A DNA stretch of 64,000 nucleotides from Heptranchias perlo (Eukaryota). The stretch spans positions 24,180,001 to 24,244,000 of the forward strand of contig NC_090370.1 in NCBI RefSeq assembly GCF_035084215.1, given 5' to 3'. The number at the start of each line of letters is the position of its first letter. The stretch's first letter is position 1. Made by a program: the position numbers and the translations under genes. The notes beneath the pieces are model-generated. The model was not told the origin of the DNA. It was given only the letters and a program-made list of their open reading frames with translations, and did not search any database. This document shows positions 26,236 to 40,025 of the stretch, one piece after another.

Positions 26236-26739
26236 CTGTATCTGTGAAAGGGCTGGTTACTGTCTGAAGGGAGACGCTGATATCATGCTACCAGTGTTGC
26301 TTTGAGCTGCTTTTTTCTCGTTGTGGACGAGATGAGGTATGAATGGGACTGGAGTCGGGGCACCGACCACATTCCGATACTTTAAACCGTAACTTATGGA
26401 CCCCAGTCCACACATCACCAGATTTGTTGTATTTATTTAAACTACTTCTCATGCTGGGCTCGTAAAGCATCACCAGAACTGCTCGACTAAATTTTTCACA
26501 TCTGTGGGATTCAGCGCTTCGCTCCGTTTCTGTTCTATTTTGTTGGATTATTCAAATAACTCATCAAACTCACTAGGGAATCACTGAAATGTAACTCTGT
26601 ACAGAAACAAATGACAGTGAACGGCCTGGTGCCCAGGAGATCAGAAATATTATTGGCCTTTCGCCTTCTTGACGAGTAAACCGTGTTTCGAGTCCACCTA
26701 CCCGCGTTGGTTCCACATGGGAATAAAATAGAGAGGGCG

Positions 26740-27290
26740 GGACGGGGAGGAGACAGAGTGATGGACAGAGCAGAGAGCGGACTCTGATCTTCCAGCTCCA
26801 CCTCCAGCTTTCTCCACTCGCCAATTTCAAACCGTTTATTGATAATAGAACCGAAACACAGCGGTCCGCACAAACCCTGACAGACTCGGGCTTCATATTC
26901 AAGGATTCCCAGGAACCCGGAGCTTTCAAATAAGCGCCGTTACAATTAACAGTCAGTAATATTCCTGACTAAATACAGTCCCTTCGACAACAAGTCAAAC
27001 CGTCTCCTTCCATTTAAGTCCCACACCCGATTCTATCTCCCCACATATCCCCTCCCAGACGGGTTCAGCGTTTTACAAACACCTTATTCCAGCTGATTTG
27101 GAGAATCTCATATGTTGGGGTTTGAGTGATGACGCGGAGTTTCTCCGCCAGTGTTACCGTCTCACAGAGACTCTCGCCCTGAATCTGTGAAAAGAAAATG
27201 ACCATGCACTGGGACTGGAGCCGAACACATCCCCAGTTACAGTGAGGCCCGGACACCCCATTCTCTCTGTTTTATATCAGACAGTATCCG
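26740..27290. repeat. Orphan copy of the H4-H1 intergenic region (H4 upstream)
   Basis: Direct paralog of ~38060-38630 with no H4 or H1 coding sequence attached. Confidence 0.85.
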
Positions 27291-27499
27291 ACCTTCGTGT
27301 CCAGCATTCGAGAGAGAGACACTGTCAGTCTTACACTTCCTATCAGTGTGTTCATATCACCCTCAATAACTGTATCCAACCTTCATATACAGCACCAGAG
27401 AGTGAGAGAGAAAGGGATACAGATACGGTGACAGAGCGAGCGGAGAGGCACAGTGCCACAGTATCAGTTCCAGACTGACCTGTAAAGTTGCGTTTTATC

Positions 27500-29600
27500 C
27501 AGAATATCCTGTTGGAGAAACAGAAGATGCATTCTTATCTCTCATGGATATACCACAGACGGACACACTGTTAATCCCACACTCAAGGACAGTGCAGAGA
27601 GTGACAAAAACAATGTGGGCCGAATTTAACCCTCTCTTGCCTGTTGTACTATATTCGGTTTTGCAGATCAGGTCCGTTCGTTATTACTCTCAGTGACCGA
27701 GAGTTTCACTCTGCTTATATTAATCTGGGACTGTTGCTGTCTGATATTAATCCTACACGGTCCCAGCAAATACACCGACTCCCGCTTCCCTCCAATGTTT
27801 CTCCAGGATTGGTTTGAGAAATCCTCCCTCCAGTTTCGGGTTCACGCGTTACTTTATCAGTAAAGGGACCAAGAATAAACAGAACTCATTGGCTCATTTC
27901 ACAGCCGTCCACGTTATCTCTGATTGACCCTTTACCATAAAAAGATACCGAGAGAAACAGCAGGGATGGAAACATCTCCTTTCATCGTGAGAGATTGTAA
28001 AGTCAGTCTGGATTCCAGCGTTAGGCACCGGTGGAATCCCATCTGTTTCCCATTCTGGTGCCTGTTCCTGCACTGCCTGTGGACCCCATTCCCTCTGACC
28101 TTTCCCCCACTTCCTTTGCTCAGACTCTGAAAAATTCCAATTGGGGAAAGTTTCCACCGATTTTGGTATTGCGAATGGAACCAGATATCTGCGCATGCGT
28201 GATTCAGCGCCGCCCCCAGCGCTGCTTGCTGGTGAGCAGAAGAGCGCATGCGCGCTCCCCTCCCCCAGCTCGGCCTGTGGGCGCCATTCCCTCAGTGAGC
28301 GGAAGAAGATGGTTTGAAACAGCCGGGAATGGAGAGATCACGGCCCCCGGGGGAAGGGAGCAAAGAGCAGCCTCGTTACAGCAGCTCATCGCTTCGGGAC
28401 CGTGTCCGCAGATGGGCTCAGAGATCGGCATTGAGTCCGGGGGAAGGTCAGGGGGTGTCCGGGGGCTGTTTGTAAGAGGCGGAGTGGATCAGGATCTCGT
28501 CCCGGAACATGGAGTGAGCGGGGGAAGGGAGAGGTCATTCTCGGGCTGTGTGTGTACAGGGTGTGTCCAGGGTGAGGGAGACAGAATGGGAAGAGCAGGT
28601 TGTTTCAAATCATTGCTGCTTTCTCTCCCCAAACAAGTGGTGAATTTTTCCTGGTTCAGTTCCAGTCTCACCCTGTTTATTGTTATTGGACAGTGAACAG
28701 TGGAAACAGAGCCGGACAGTCAGGATATGGGGAGTTTTCCAAAGAGCATCTATTGCAGGCACCAGGTGACAAGTGTGAACACATTTTAAACAGCTGCTGT
28801 TATGTTTCGGTTGAACGGTTAGTTCCATGGTAGAGGGTATTAGAAACCTGACCTGTACAAAGGTCCCTGCCCCATCGGGTAGTGCCATTCATGGATCAGT
28901 GCAGGGGTTGTGTTGTGTCTGGATGTCACCAAATTGTTGTCAAACAGCCCAACACACCTGGTGTGCAGAAGCTGAGAGCTGCAGTACTGCAGTGGAGTAC
29001 TGACACTGCTTGTCTGTTTGTATCGCTGGTTTTCATTTGTGGTTATTACAATGATTATTAACGGAGAGATTCAATGATCACTTTTGTATTTTCTACTTCA
29101 CCTGTTCTTGAGTTACAAGAGATACTTTTTCTTCCTACAGTCAAATCCTTGAAGGACCCAGAATCAGTGTGATGTTTACTCCACCCGAGCCACAAGGAGC
29201 AGTCAGTGCAGCCAGCTCCTTCTCACACACAGTAAGTACATTATCACTCACAGAGCACAGAGACACAGCCAGGTCATCAGTCCCACAGTCTCAGACAGCG
29301 GAAGGAGTCAGTCCCACACTGACCCCAATCCAACACTCAAACAGAGCAGGAGAGACAGATGTAATTTCCATTTCACAACGACTCAGTACTGCTGACCGGC
29401 AGATAAATAATTCCCAGTCCAAAATCACACCCAGTATGAGATTGAAAGGTACTGTGTCAATCTCTATTTATTTTAGCCTTAGCTACAAATTAAATACCAG
29501 ATAGAACTGACACATGGCACTGATTGATCGGTACAGAATGAATCAGAATAGTGTGCTCCAAGATTCAAATTAAATACCAGCCCACAACTCTCACACATTA
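27500..29600 (+). repeat. Segmental duplication module with CpG-rich promoter-like core; direct copy at ~41200-43300
   Basis: ORFs 28031-28696 and 41692-42300 are near-identical; offset about 13.66 kb. Confidence 0.9.
28190..28313. promoter_or_regulatory. CpG-island-type promoter motifs: two NRF1 palindromes, YY1- and ETS-like sites
   Basis: TGCGCATGCG at 28190-28199, GCGCATGCGC at 28244-28253, then GCGCCATT and CGGAAG/AAGATGG. Second copy at ~41851-41973. Confidence 0.55.
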
Positions 29601-29639
29601 TGAGTTTAAAGATGCAGTATTCATGCCACTATTGTGCAC

Positions 29640-31190
29640 TGAGATACAAATTAGATACCAGTTCAGATGTTACCCATTTTTGACTCACATATATGTCCAA
29701 AAACTTCATAGTGTCAGAATGAAATGTACAGTTTCAATTCATTCACTGCAGACTGAGGTACACATTAGATACCAGTCCAAAATTCTCATACAGTATAAGA
29801 CTGAAAGAGAGAGTATCAAACCCATTAGTGCAGACTGAGCAACACATCACATACCAGTCCATAAATCTCAGTGTCAGGTTGAAAGATACAGTATCAATTC
29901 CATAAGTGCAGATTGAGCTCCACATTATATACCAGTCCAAAATTCGCATAAAGTATCGTACTGGAAGATACAGTATCAATCCCATTAGTGCAGACTGAGG
30001 TATACATTAGATACCAGTCCAAAAGTCACATTCAGTGTCAAATTGAAAGATACAGTATCAATTCCATTAGTGTAGACTGAACTACACCTTACAAACCAGT
30101 CTAAATATATTACACAGTATCAGACTGAAAGGTACAGTATGAATTCCATTAGTACAGACTGAGCTACACATTATATATCGTCCAAAAATCTGATATATTA
30201 TCATACTGAAACATACAGTATGAATCCTTTTAGTGTTGACTGAGCTACACAGAACAAAGCAGTCCAAAAATCCCTCGCTGTGTCTGACTGAAAGTTAGAG
30301 TGTCAATTCCATTGGTACAGACAGAACCACACATCACATACCAGTCCAAAAATCTCATACAGTGTCAGACTGAAACATACAGTATCAATTCCATTAGTAC
30401 AGACTGAGCGACACCGAACACACCAATCCAAAAATCTCATACACTGTCAGACTGAAAGATACAATATCAATTCCATTAGCCCAGACTGAGCTGCACAATA
30501 AATACCAGTCCAATAATTTCACAGTAAAAGGTTGAAGTGAACATTATCTTCACAGAGATTAAGATAAAATCACACAACAAAACTCACACATTTTTTTGAT
30601 TAAAACAAAATCCAAAATCGTATACATATTTACACATTAATGCTGGACAAAAGATTTGCATACATTTGTGAATTAAAGACACAGTTTCAAGCACCATACT
30701 GCAACCTGAAATAAGAATACAGAACGAATCCAGACTTGCACTTTGCCCAGAGACTGAGTTACAGAATGAATCCCACACTGAGATCGAGAGACACCGAATG
30801 AATCCCACACTCACAGATAGCACCAGAGATTGACAGATACCGAATGAATCCCACACTCACACACATTCCCAGAGATTGACAGATACCAAATGAATCCCAC
30901 ACTCACATACATTCCCAGAGATTGACAGAAACAGAATGAATCCCACACTCACAAATAGCAGCAGAGATTGACAGATACAGAATGAATATCACACTCACAC
31001 ACAGTACCAGAGACTGACAGATACAGAATGAATCCCACACTCACACACAGTACCAGAGACTAACAGATACAGAATGAATCCCACACTCACAGACTGTACT
31101 GGAGACTGACGGATACAGAATGAATATCACACTCACATACAGTATCAGAGACTGACAGACAGAGAATTAATCTCACACTCTCATACAATC
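29640..31190. repeat. Composite satellite: ~80-bp units followed by 46-bp units
   Basis: ATACCAGTCCAAAA...GACTGAAAGATACAGTATCAATTCCATTAGTGCAGACTGAG repeats, then ACAGAATGAATCCCACACTCAC repeats. Confidence 0.85.
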
Positions 31191-31564
31191 TGACACCTAC
31201 TGGCCATAAGTGAGAACTGTAACAGAGTGGAACAAATTCACATTATCTGTCGTTGTCACAGATTCAGGACAATGTGCAATGTGAGGAAATAGTTTCTCTC
31301 TGTAACTTCTACTCTCGTATTTTTTCATATTTTGTCAGTGAAAAATTGGACAATTGATTCATAATAAAGTTTTTGTTTTGCTCATTCGAAAGTTGCCCCA
31401 TTATATTTCACTCTACATTGCGCAATATTTCTGTCTGATTTCTCAGGACACGATTTATATTAATCCGAATAAACCAAACTGAAACACAAATAAAAACTGA
31501 GCGCAAATCTGGAAGTTTGAATGGCGACCGTCAAAAGTGAAAGGGATAAAATATAGAAAAAATT

Positions 31565-31680
31565 AAAACCGAAAATGCTGGAAAGACTCAGCAGGTGTGG
31601 CAGCATCTGTGGAGAAGGGAAGCTCGGGTTAACGGTTCAGGACTATGACCCTTCTCTCGATCAGAAAGGTTAATCCGACA
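31565..31680. mobile_element. Second Penelope-like terminal-repeat family fragment; inverted copy at ~53390-53500
   Basis: GAAAATGCTGGAAAGACTCAGCAGGTGTGGCAGCATCTGTGGAGA...GTTAACG resembles an abundant shark PLE terminal repeat, as recalled. Hammerhead core decayed. Confidence 0.55.
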
Positions 31681-31921
31681 CAAATTTAAATAAGGAACGG
31701 GAATCAGCAGAGGGAAAACCTTCAGAAAATCAATTAATTTCACTGAATCCGAGCAATTGAGTCCCGTATCCACCATTCAGATCAGGGCAAGTAATAATAC
31801 AAAGAACAGAGTTAAATTCAACTTTATGGGGGAAATAAATGAATTTTAGAAGTATTTTTACACCAACACTGTCCCTCTGAACATCATCAAATTCAGTTCC
31901 AGTCTTGGTATTTCTGAATTC

Positions 31922-31995
31922 AGCGTGCTGGGATTCAAACCATTTGGAATTAACTGCTTGGAAGGCAGCTATACTCACCATAAAAGCGCCTTATT
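31922..31995 (-). pseudogene. tRNA-Gly(TCC) relic
   Basis: Minus strand TGGTGAGTATAGCTGCCTTCCAAGCAGTTAA retains the D and anticodon arms only. Confidence 0.7.
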
Positions 31996-32149
31996 TCACC
32001 AGGTGGGAGAAATAGAGTGTTTCTGTGGAGTTTCAGACTGAATTGCTCCCTTTGGGTTTCTGGCACTTTAATCATAGACAATAAATAGTTCCCAAACATC
32101 AGTCCCTGAACAGACACAAGAAGCTGGTGGAATTTCTCATTCATAGATA

Positions 32150-33115
32150 TTAAATAAGAGGATGGCAAAAGCGAATAGGAAGAGGTTCGGAAGAAATCAC
32201 CAAAACAATTAGGGAAGCAAACAGGAACCAGGAAATCAAATTATCAAGGAATATAAAAATAAATAGTAAATTATTCCACTGACACAAAAATATCAAAAGG
32301 AAAATCAGAATATCTTGAGTGCCACTAAGGGATGCACAAGATAAACTCACAGATAACGTCAGCGAAATGGCAGACATATTGAATTGTTACTTTGCCTCAG
32401 TATTTACCAGGGAGATTAACAGGGTGAATATATTAGAGGAAGAGGTCAATAAAGATATCAAGGCATTTAAGTTAGAAAGGGTGGTTAAACTCCTGGTCCA
32501 GATCGATTGCATCTGTGCATATTAAATGAAGCAAGGGTAGAGATAGCAGAGGCACTGTTACATATATAGGAAAAAATCATCACAAAAAGGAATAGTGCCA
32601 GAGGACTGGATGACAGCTAATGTGATTCTTATATTTTAAATCAGGTGATAGAACAAGTCCAGGGAACTATAGACCAGTTAACTAAAGGTCGGTGGTAGGA
32701 TTGATCATGGAATCCTTCACTCAATGAAGCAACAGAAAAACATCCAGAAACCGAAAATATAATAAAACAGTTTGACAGAAGGTTGACAGTTTAATTTACA
32801 GTTCAACATAACTTATTTGCTTTTCAATTCTATTCCGCTAGAAATAAACCCCAGTGCTGTGTTCGATTTTATGTCCTTATCATCCTGTGCTGCTACTTTT
32901 AATGATTTGTCAATCTGTACCCCGAAATCCCTTTGCTCTTTTACCCCATTTAGACTCTTATTTTCCAAGCAGTATGTGGCCTCCTTATTCCCCCAAGCAA
33001 AATGCACCACCTCACACCTTTCTATATGGAAATTCAATGGCCATTTACACCGCCTTTCGGCAAGCTTATTAATTCTTCTTGAATTTTGTCGCATTCTTCC
33101 TCAGTATAGGCTATG
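32150..33115. mobile_element. Old CR1 fragments in both orientations; inverted copy at ~51890-52890
   Basis: EMADILNCYFASVFT on the plus strand and CEVVHF...EQRDFGVQI on the minus strand. Confidence 0.75.
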
Positions 33116-33591
33116 CCCCCTAAATTAATTACAAGAATTTAACACAGCATTACAACTAATGTTTGGTCCAACAAAATGTACTTGCAGCTCGTCTCCATTC
33201 CCAGTTTTTCTAAATCCCACTCGTGCAATATAATGTGAAGAATTAGTTTCTGTTCTGTCCCTCTCTCATCTGCAAACTTCACTGTCCCGGGGTTTGGGGA
33301 CATCTACTGGCCGGAAGCAGAACTGCAACAGTTCGGAACAAATTGCTGAAACCGGACAATGTGCAGTGTGAGCGTGTTTGTGATTGGTGGCAGTTATTAA
33401 ATCAGATTGGATATCTGAAGAAACCAATCAGAGATTTACATTTAATAATTATTGTGACCTCACTCCCAATGACCCAATCACAATCATTGCCTTCACCCAT
33501 CCCTCATTACCATAGGGCTGTGGGGACTGCCTATTTAATCCGAGCTCGGAGCGGATTTGGGTCATTTCTCAGTCTGAAATTGAGTTTGAAA

Positions 33592-33966
33592 ATGCCTGAG
33601 GACAAGAAAGCAGCTCCCAAGAAGGGCGCCAAGAAAACCTTGAATAAAGCACCAGCCAAAGGCGGCAAGAAGCGGAGAAAGTCGAGGAAGGAGAGTTACT
33701 CCATCTACATCTACAAAGTGATGAGGCAGGTTCACCCCGACACCGGCATCTCCTCCAAGGCCATGAGCATCATGAACTCCTTTGTGACCGATATTTTCGA
33801 GCGCATCGCAGGTGAGGCTTCCCGCCTGGCCCATTACAACAAGCGGGCGACTATCAGTTCCCGGGAGATCCAGACCGCCGTGCGCCTGCTGCTGCCCGGG
33901 GAACTGGCCAAGCACGCCGTTTCAGAAGGGACAAAGGCGGTGACCAAATACACCAGCTCCAAGTAA
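33592..33966 (+). CDS. H2B: Histone H2B, 124 aa, replication-dependent
   Basis: [12 protein letters not shown]...[12 protein letters not shown]...AVTKYTSSK; intronless; stem-loop at 33998-34013 and HDE AAAGAGCTG at 34030-34038. Confidence 0.96.
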   Translation: MPEDKKAAPKKGAKKTLNKAPAKGGKKRRKSRKESYSIYIYKVMRQVHPDTGISSKAMSIMNSFVTDIFERIAGEASRLAHYNKRATISSREIQTAVRLLLPGELAKHAVSEGTKAVTKYTSSK

Positions 33967-33997
33967 AACTCCACAATGAACTGAAAAAAAAAACAAC

Positions 33998-34038
33998 GGC
34001 TCTTTTAAGAACCACCCACAACCTCTCTGAAAGAGCTG
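33998..34038 (+). promoter_or_regulatory. Histone 3' stem-loop with one stem mismatch, plus HDE
   Basis: GGCTCT-TTTA-AGAACC-ACCCA then AAAGAGCTG. Confidence 0.85.
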
Positions 34039-34610
34039 CATTTTCTCTATATTTACTTAGGATCATTTTATTGCAGCAATATTATTATTCCAATCGAAAA
34101 GTGACTCGAACTGGCCCCAAGAATGAACACGAGTTTATGATCCGCTCCTTCCCATTTGCTTTGTTCTTAAAGCATTACTATTCTGGCCTCTCATCCTCTT
34201 GATGACCCCCTTCGCTGTTCCGTTCTATGAATGCAGTTTCTGAAATGTTTATGGACTGACGTGAAAATCCCCAGATTAACAGTAACCGCACCCCTTGCAG
34301 TAACAGCGGAATCGGGGCAGAATGAGAGCTCCGTCCTGGTCCCTCTTTTCACAGAAGGGAACAATGCATAAAGTGTCACTTTTATAAAGACTAAATTCAA
34401 ATGTGTCCTTTCACGGAATGCTGTGAATGGGGCTTTAGTCCCGTCCGGTGCAGTTTGAAAGCGATGGTCGAATGAGCCATAATTTAAAGCAGATTTTAAA
34501 ACAGAGGAAGCGATTAGTGACGGGGAGCGCTGAATAAGACAAGATAAAAAGAACGGGTTTAAAATCTTGTGCTCAGGGCGACATTGATCGAAATCCGATC
34601 CTTCACTGCA

Positions 34611-34636
34611 CTGAAATTGGCGGGCTTTTTGAAATT
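34611..34636 (+). promoter_or_regulatory. E2F/CDE-CHR-like element upstream of H2A
   Basis: CTGAAATTGGCGGGCTTTTTGAAATT, identical to the reverse complement of 37021-37046. Confidence 0.65.
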
Positions 34637-34771
34637 CATAAAATTCCTGGTCTGATCGTTGAGGCCGGTAAATCCCGCCCTCTTCTAAGTTCCAGCTATC
34701 TGATTGGTTAATGAAATAGGCAAATGAGGTGTAATAAGGTACAACCAATCAGATGATCTTTCAGTCTTTGA

Positions 34772-35209
<438 letters not shown>

Positions 35210-36416
35210 AGCGGCCAAGATTTAATCTGATAACCCAAAGGCTCTTTTCAGAGCCACCCACTGTATCTATGAAAGGGCTGGTTACTGTCTGAAGAGAGTC
35301 AGGAATCAATTTAATAAGGACTTGATTCCGATTCATGAACTAACAATAACTTGATAATTGCAAATGATCCAGATCGGTCTGTTGAAGTACTCGCTTCCGG
35401 ACAGCAGATGTCGCCAACCTCCAATAGATTGATATTTGCAGTTTGTGTGGTGAATGAGACAAAATATCAAAATTGTCATTAAACTGGGCGGGTGGGACAC
35501 AGAAATACCAGGGACGCTTGATCAACGGCATCAAGAGGCATTCTGTTGTGTTCCACCCAATATTATTTACAGTCTCATCCTCCGACAACACTTGCTCGTT
35601 CTGTGTTATTTCACCCAGATTTGTGCAACAGAAGCTGACTGATGTGTTGAATCTTGTGTCAGCGATTGCTGAATCAAGAATGTGAGTGAAATTTGCCCGT
35701 GTTATTGGATGTGATTGAGGGATTGATTCTGTCCCTGTATCAGTTACGAGTGTTAGTGAATGTAACACTAATGTTTTACACTGCTTCTGATTCTAGCGCT
35801 GATGGAGAGCAAGACACACTGCCTTTCGATCTATTAGTGCGAGTTACATTGAAACAGCCTCTGCCACTATATCTGCAGGGGGACAACAGACTGAAACGTT
35901 ATTTGATCCGAGTCTGATTCCTCACATCCAGCATAGGTTTTAGGTCCCGTCCGATTGCACCTGTCCTTTCTGCAGCTGTTTGCCAGAACTTTCTCTGTCT
36001 GAATGAGGCACTGGTGGTGATGAGAGTCAGTCTGGTGGAATTCACCTCCCTCCAGTCCTGCGTGTGTGTGAAAATGAAAATTTCTCCGTTTCAAATGCCT
36101 CATGTTGGTTAGTCTGGAATTGGCACTCCTCTGTTTGGTGTTGGATCTTCGTCCAAAATGAACAGCTGCTGTTTCTGCCACAAAACGTGGATCGGCTCAT
36201 GTTCCCATCTCTCCACTTTTATGATGAGCCAACAGTCTGTCAGGCCTTCCCGTCTGACATCCGCTCACTCCCCTTTATGCGTTTCCCGTTTAATCAAATT
36301 TCTGTGAACTGCACGGCCCTGCGATTTCAACCCCGGAGATCACAGCTCTTTCCTTTGCTGATTTGATGGCTCTGAAAAGAGCCTTTGTTGCACTTGGTGC
36401 TGAAGGCGGGTCGGGT

Positions 36417-36962
<546 letters not shown>

Positions 36963-37020
36963 TCAGAACGAAACGGCGGGAGGTCTTGGGCCCCAATTGG
37001 CTGAGCTGAAATTAATCATC

Positions 37021-37046
37021 AATTTCAAAAAGCCCGCCAATTTCAG
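37021..37046 (-). promoter_or_regulatory. E2F/CDE-CHR-like element upstream of H3
   Basis: 26/26 identity with 34611-34636. Confidence 0.65.
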
Positions 37047-37645
37047 AGCATCAAATAACAGTTTGAAGAAAATCTCATTTCCCTCCAGCAATTTAAGAAT
37101 CTCTCTCTTTATAATCTCCATTATTTCCTACTCGTCAGCACAAATCTCAGGCTGATTCACATTCCGGTTCATTCTCTGACCTGTCTGTAAACGGGCGGGA
37201 ATAAAGTCCCGGTCATTGCTTTCCGTCGGAAACTGGTGAACGGCTCCTCAAACAGAAACTTCACATCGAACTAATATTTGAATGAGGGCAAGAAATAAAC
37301 ACCGAGCAGAGAGAACACAGCGGGAGAGAGAGTGAGGAGGGATTTTACTCTGAGTGAAGAATGTAATGTCTGTGGAAAGACTCTGCATCCCCGCCTGTTC
37401 ATTTATACCGTGAAACCGGGAATTCCGCACCTTCTCTCGCGATGGCCGTGAACCCCGGCCGTTTTTCTGATCTCCCTGTTACGAGTGCTGGAGAAATCTC
37501 CCCATATTAATAGAATATCGGAAACTACTTCCCCACCCCGAGATCGTCCCACTCCCCCTTCCCAGGTCACTGCTCTCTCTGTGAGGCGGTGGGTGGCTCT
37601 TAGAAGAGCCTTTGTTTTGTGTTTGGTTGGAAAGGGTCGAGTCGT

Positions 37646-37966
<321 letters not shown>

Positions 37967-38000
37967 TCACTGAAATGAACAGCGAACTCGTGCTGGTTCC

Positions 38001-38034
38001 CTTTTTTATGCAGCCTGCCCCGACCTGACTGAAA
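38001..38034 (-). promoter_or_regulatory. H4 promoter: site II-like box and TATA-like CATAAAA
   Basis: Minus strand TTTCAGTCAGGTCGGGGCAGGCTGCATAAAAAAG resembles the H4 subtype element TTCAATCTGGTCCG. Confidence 0.6.
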
Positions 38035-38827
38035 CATGCACAGAGTGAAAGAGAGAGGGGAGGAGACAGAGTGAGATATTAAACAGGGAGGGGCGAGAGA
38101 GTCAGAGTGATGGACAGGGCGGAGAGCGGTCTCTGATCTTCCAGCTCCAACTCCAGCTTTCTCCATCCGCCAATTTCAAACCGTTCATCGATAACAGAAC
38201 CGAAACACAGCGGTCCGCACAAACCCTCACAGACTCGGGCTTCATATCCAAGGATTTACAGAAACCCGGAGCTTTTAAATAAGCCCCGTTACAATTATCA
38301 GTCAGTAATATTTCTGCCGAAATACAGTCCCTTCTGTCACTGGTCAACCCGCCGGCTTCCATTTCAGTCCCAGACCCGATTCTATCTCCCACACATTCCC
38401 TCCCAGACGGATTCAGCAGTTTACAAACACATTATTCCAGCTGATTTGGAGAATCTCATGTGTTGGGGTTTGAATTGTGATAGCGGCGGATCTCCGCCAG
38501 TTTTCCCCTGTCACGGACCCTGGCCCTGAATCTGTGAGAAAAAGAATGAACTGGGACTGGAGGTGAACACGCCCCCAGTTACAGTGAGGCCCGGCCCGGG
38601 TATCCCATTCTCTCTATTTTATATCAGACAGTGGGAGTGGGGCGGGGGGAGCGAATGTCAGCGAGTCACCAGGACCCTGGGTTTATTGTAAATGATTTCT
38701 ATCTGAAATCTGAGCCCGGCCCCGGGACAGGAATCGTCTGATTCCGGGATCAGCTCTTTTCTGAGAGACGTGGGTGGCTCTGAGAAGAGCCGTTGGGTTC
38801 AGATGGTCACAAGTTGCACTTGATTTT

Positions 38828-39454
38828 TTACTTCTTTTTGCCTGCTGCTTTCTTCGGTTTGGGCTTGGCGCTCGGTTTTTGTACCTTCTTCGCCTTCGCC
38901 TTCACTGGCTTGGGGGTCTTGGGCTTCTTCACAGCCGCTTTCTTCTTAATTGGTGATTTCGCCGCCTTCTTTGTGGTCGATTTCTTGACAGCTGTTTTCT
39001 TGACAGCTGTTTTCTTGACCGCTGGTTTCTTGGCCGTTAATTTCCTGGCCGCTGGTTTCTTGGCCGCTGGTTTCTTTCCGGGAGATTTCTTGGTTCCTTG
39101 TTTCTTCACCTTCTTTCCCACTTTTTCCTGGGCTTCCTTCTTAGCGACTCTGAAGGAGCCCGAGGCGCCCGTGCCCTTGATCTGCACCAGGGAGCCTTTT
39201 TCCACATTTCTCTTGATACTTAATTTGATCTGGGTCCGGTGCTTCTCCACATCCAGGCCTTTGGCAGCCAGAACCTTCTTTATCGCGGCCAGGGATATCC
39301 CCTTGCGATCCTTGCAATCCGCCACAATCTTGAGGATCTGTTCGCCCAATTTGGGACCGGCTGTCTTGGGTCGGTGAACCGCCTTCTTCTTCTTCGGAGC
39401 ATTGGTTTGAGCGGCGGCGGGAGGTGCGGTTTCGGCGGCTGCAGTATCTGTCAT
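38828..39454 (-). CDS. H1: Linker histone H1, 208 aa
   Basis: [14 protein letters not shown], globular domain SLAAIKKVL...[18 protein letters not shown]-rich tail; stem-loop at 38776-38791; HDE at 38751-38759; H1 box AAACACA at 39599-39605. Confidence 0.96.
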   Translation of the reverse strand: MTDTAAAETAPPAAAQTNAPKKKKAVHRPKTAGPKLGEQILKIVADCKDRKGISLAAIKKVLAAKGLDVEKHRTQIKLSIKRNVEKGSLVQIKGTGASGSFRVAKKEAQEKVGKKVKKQGTKKSPGKKPAAKKPAARKLTAKKPAVKKTAVKKTAVKKSTTKKAAKSPIKKKAAVKKPKTPKPVKAKAKKVQKPSAKPKPKKAAGKKK

Positions 39455-40025
39455 GTCCGGGACTCTGAAGAAAATCTCTCTGACAGTCAGAGCTGGGTCA
39501 GAAATGAAACGAGAGGCGGCGGCACAGAGCAACTTAAAGGCCCAGAGCGGACGGGGCGGAGACACCCTGCTGTCAGCTTTCGGCACCTCCAGCCACTCTG
39601 TGTTTCTCTCTCCTCTTAAACTACCCGATTCTAATTATAATCGGGCACTCCAGAGTCCCAGACTAGCCCCTTCCCATCTCCAACACCGGAATGTTTGCTG
39701 TCGAAAAACTTTCACCGGAATTAAAAGCACCAGTTTCGATTTAAACCCGTTTCATTGCTGCACTGATCGCGCTCTCTCACCCGATCGCTGACATGATTTC
39801 TGTTTTTCGGCTGAAATCTTGAATTGAACTGAAACCGTACCTTTAATTTTCACTTCGGGTCTCGGCAGGGGAGGAAGGCGATGCTTTGACAGGGATTTTT
39901 AAAAAATTTTACTCATATTTGACTCGGACATCCGGCGATGAGACCGGCCACACAAACACAGTGGCATTAATCCAAACCGCCCGCCCATTGAACACACTCT
40001 CTCTGACACAATGTTCACATCTGTA

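Noticed and set aside
33343-33591. N-terminal extensions on histone ORFs in the ORF track (also at 34781, 36860, 39586, 49946, 51438)
   Set aside because: They run through promoter or leader sequence, often from non-ATG starts. The canonical ATG, promoter motifs and protein lengths define the real starts.
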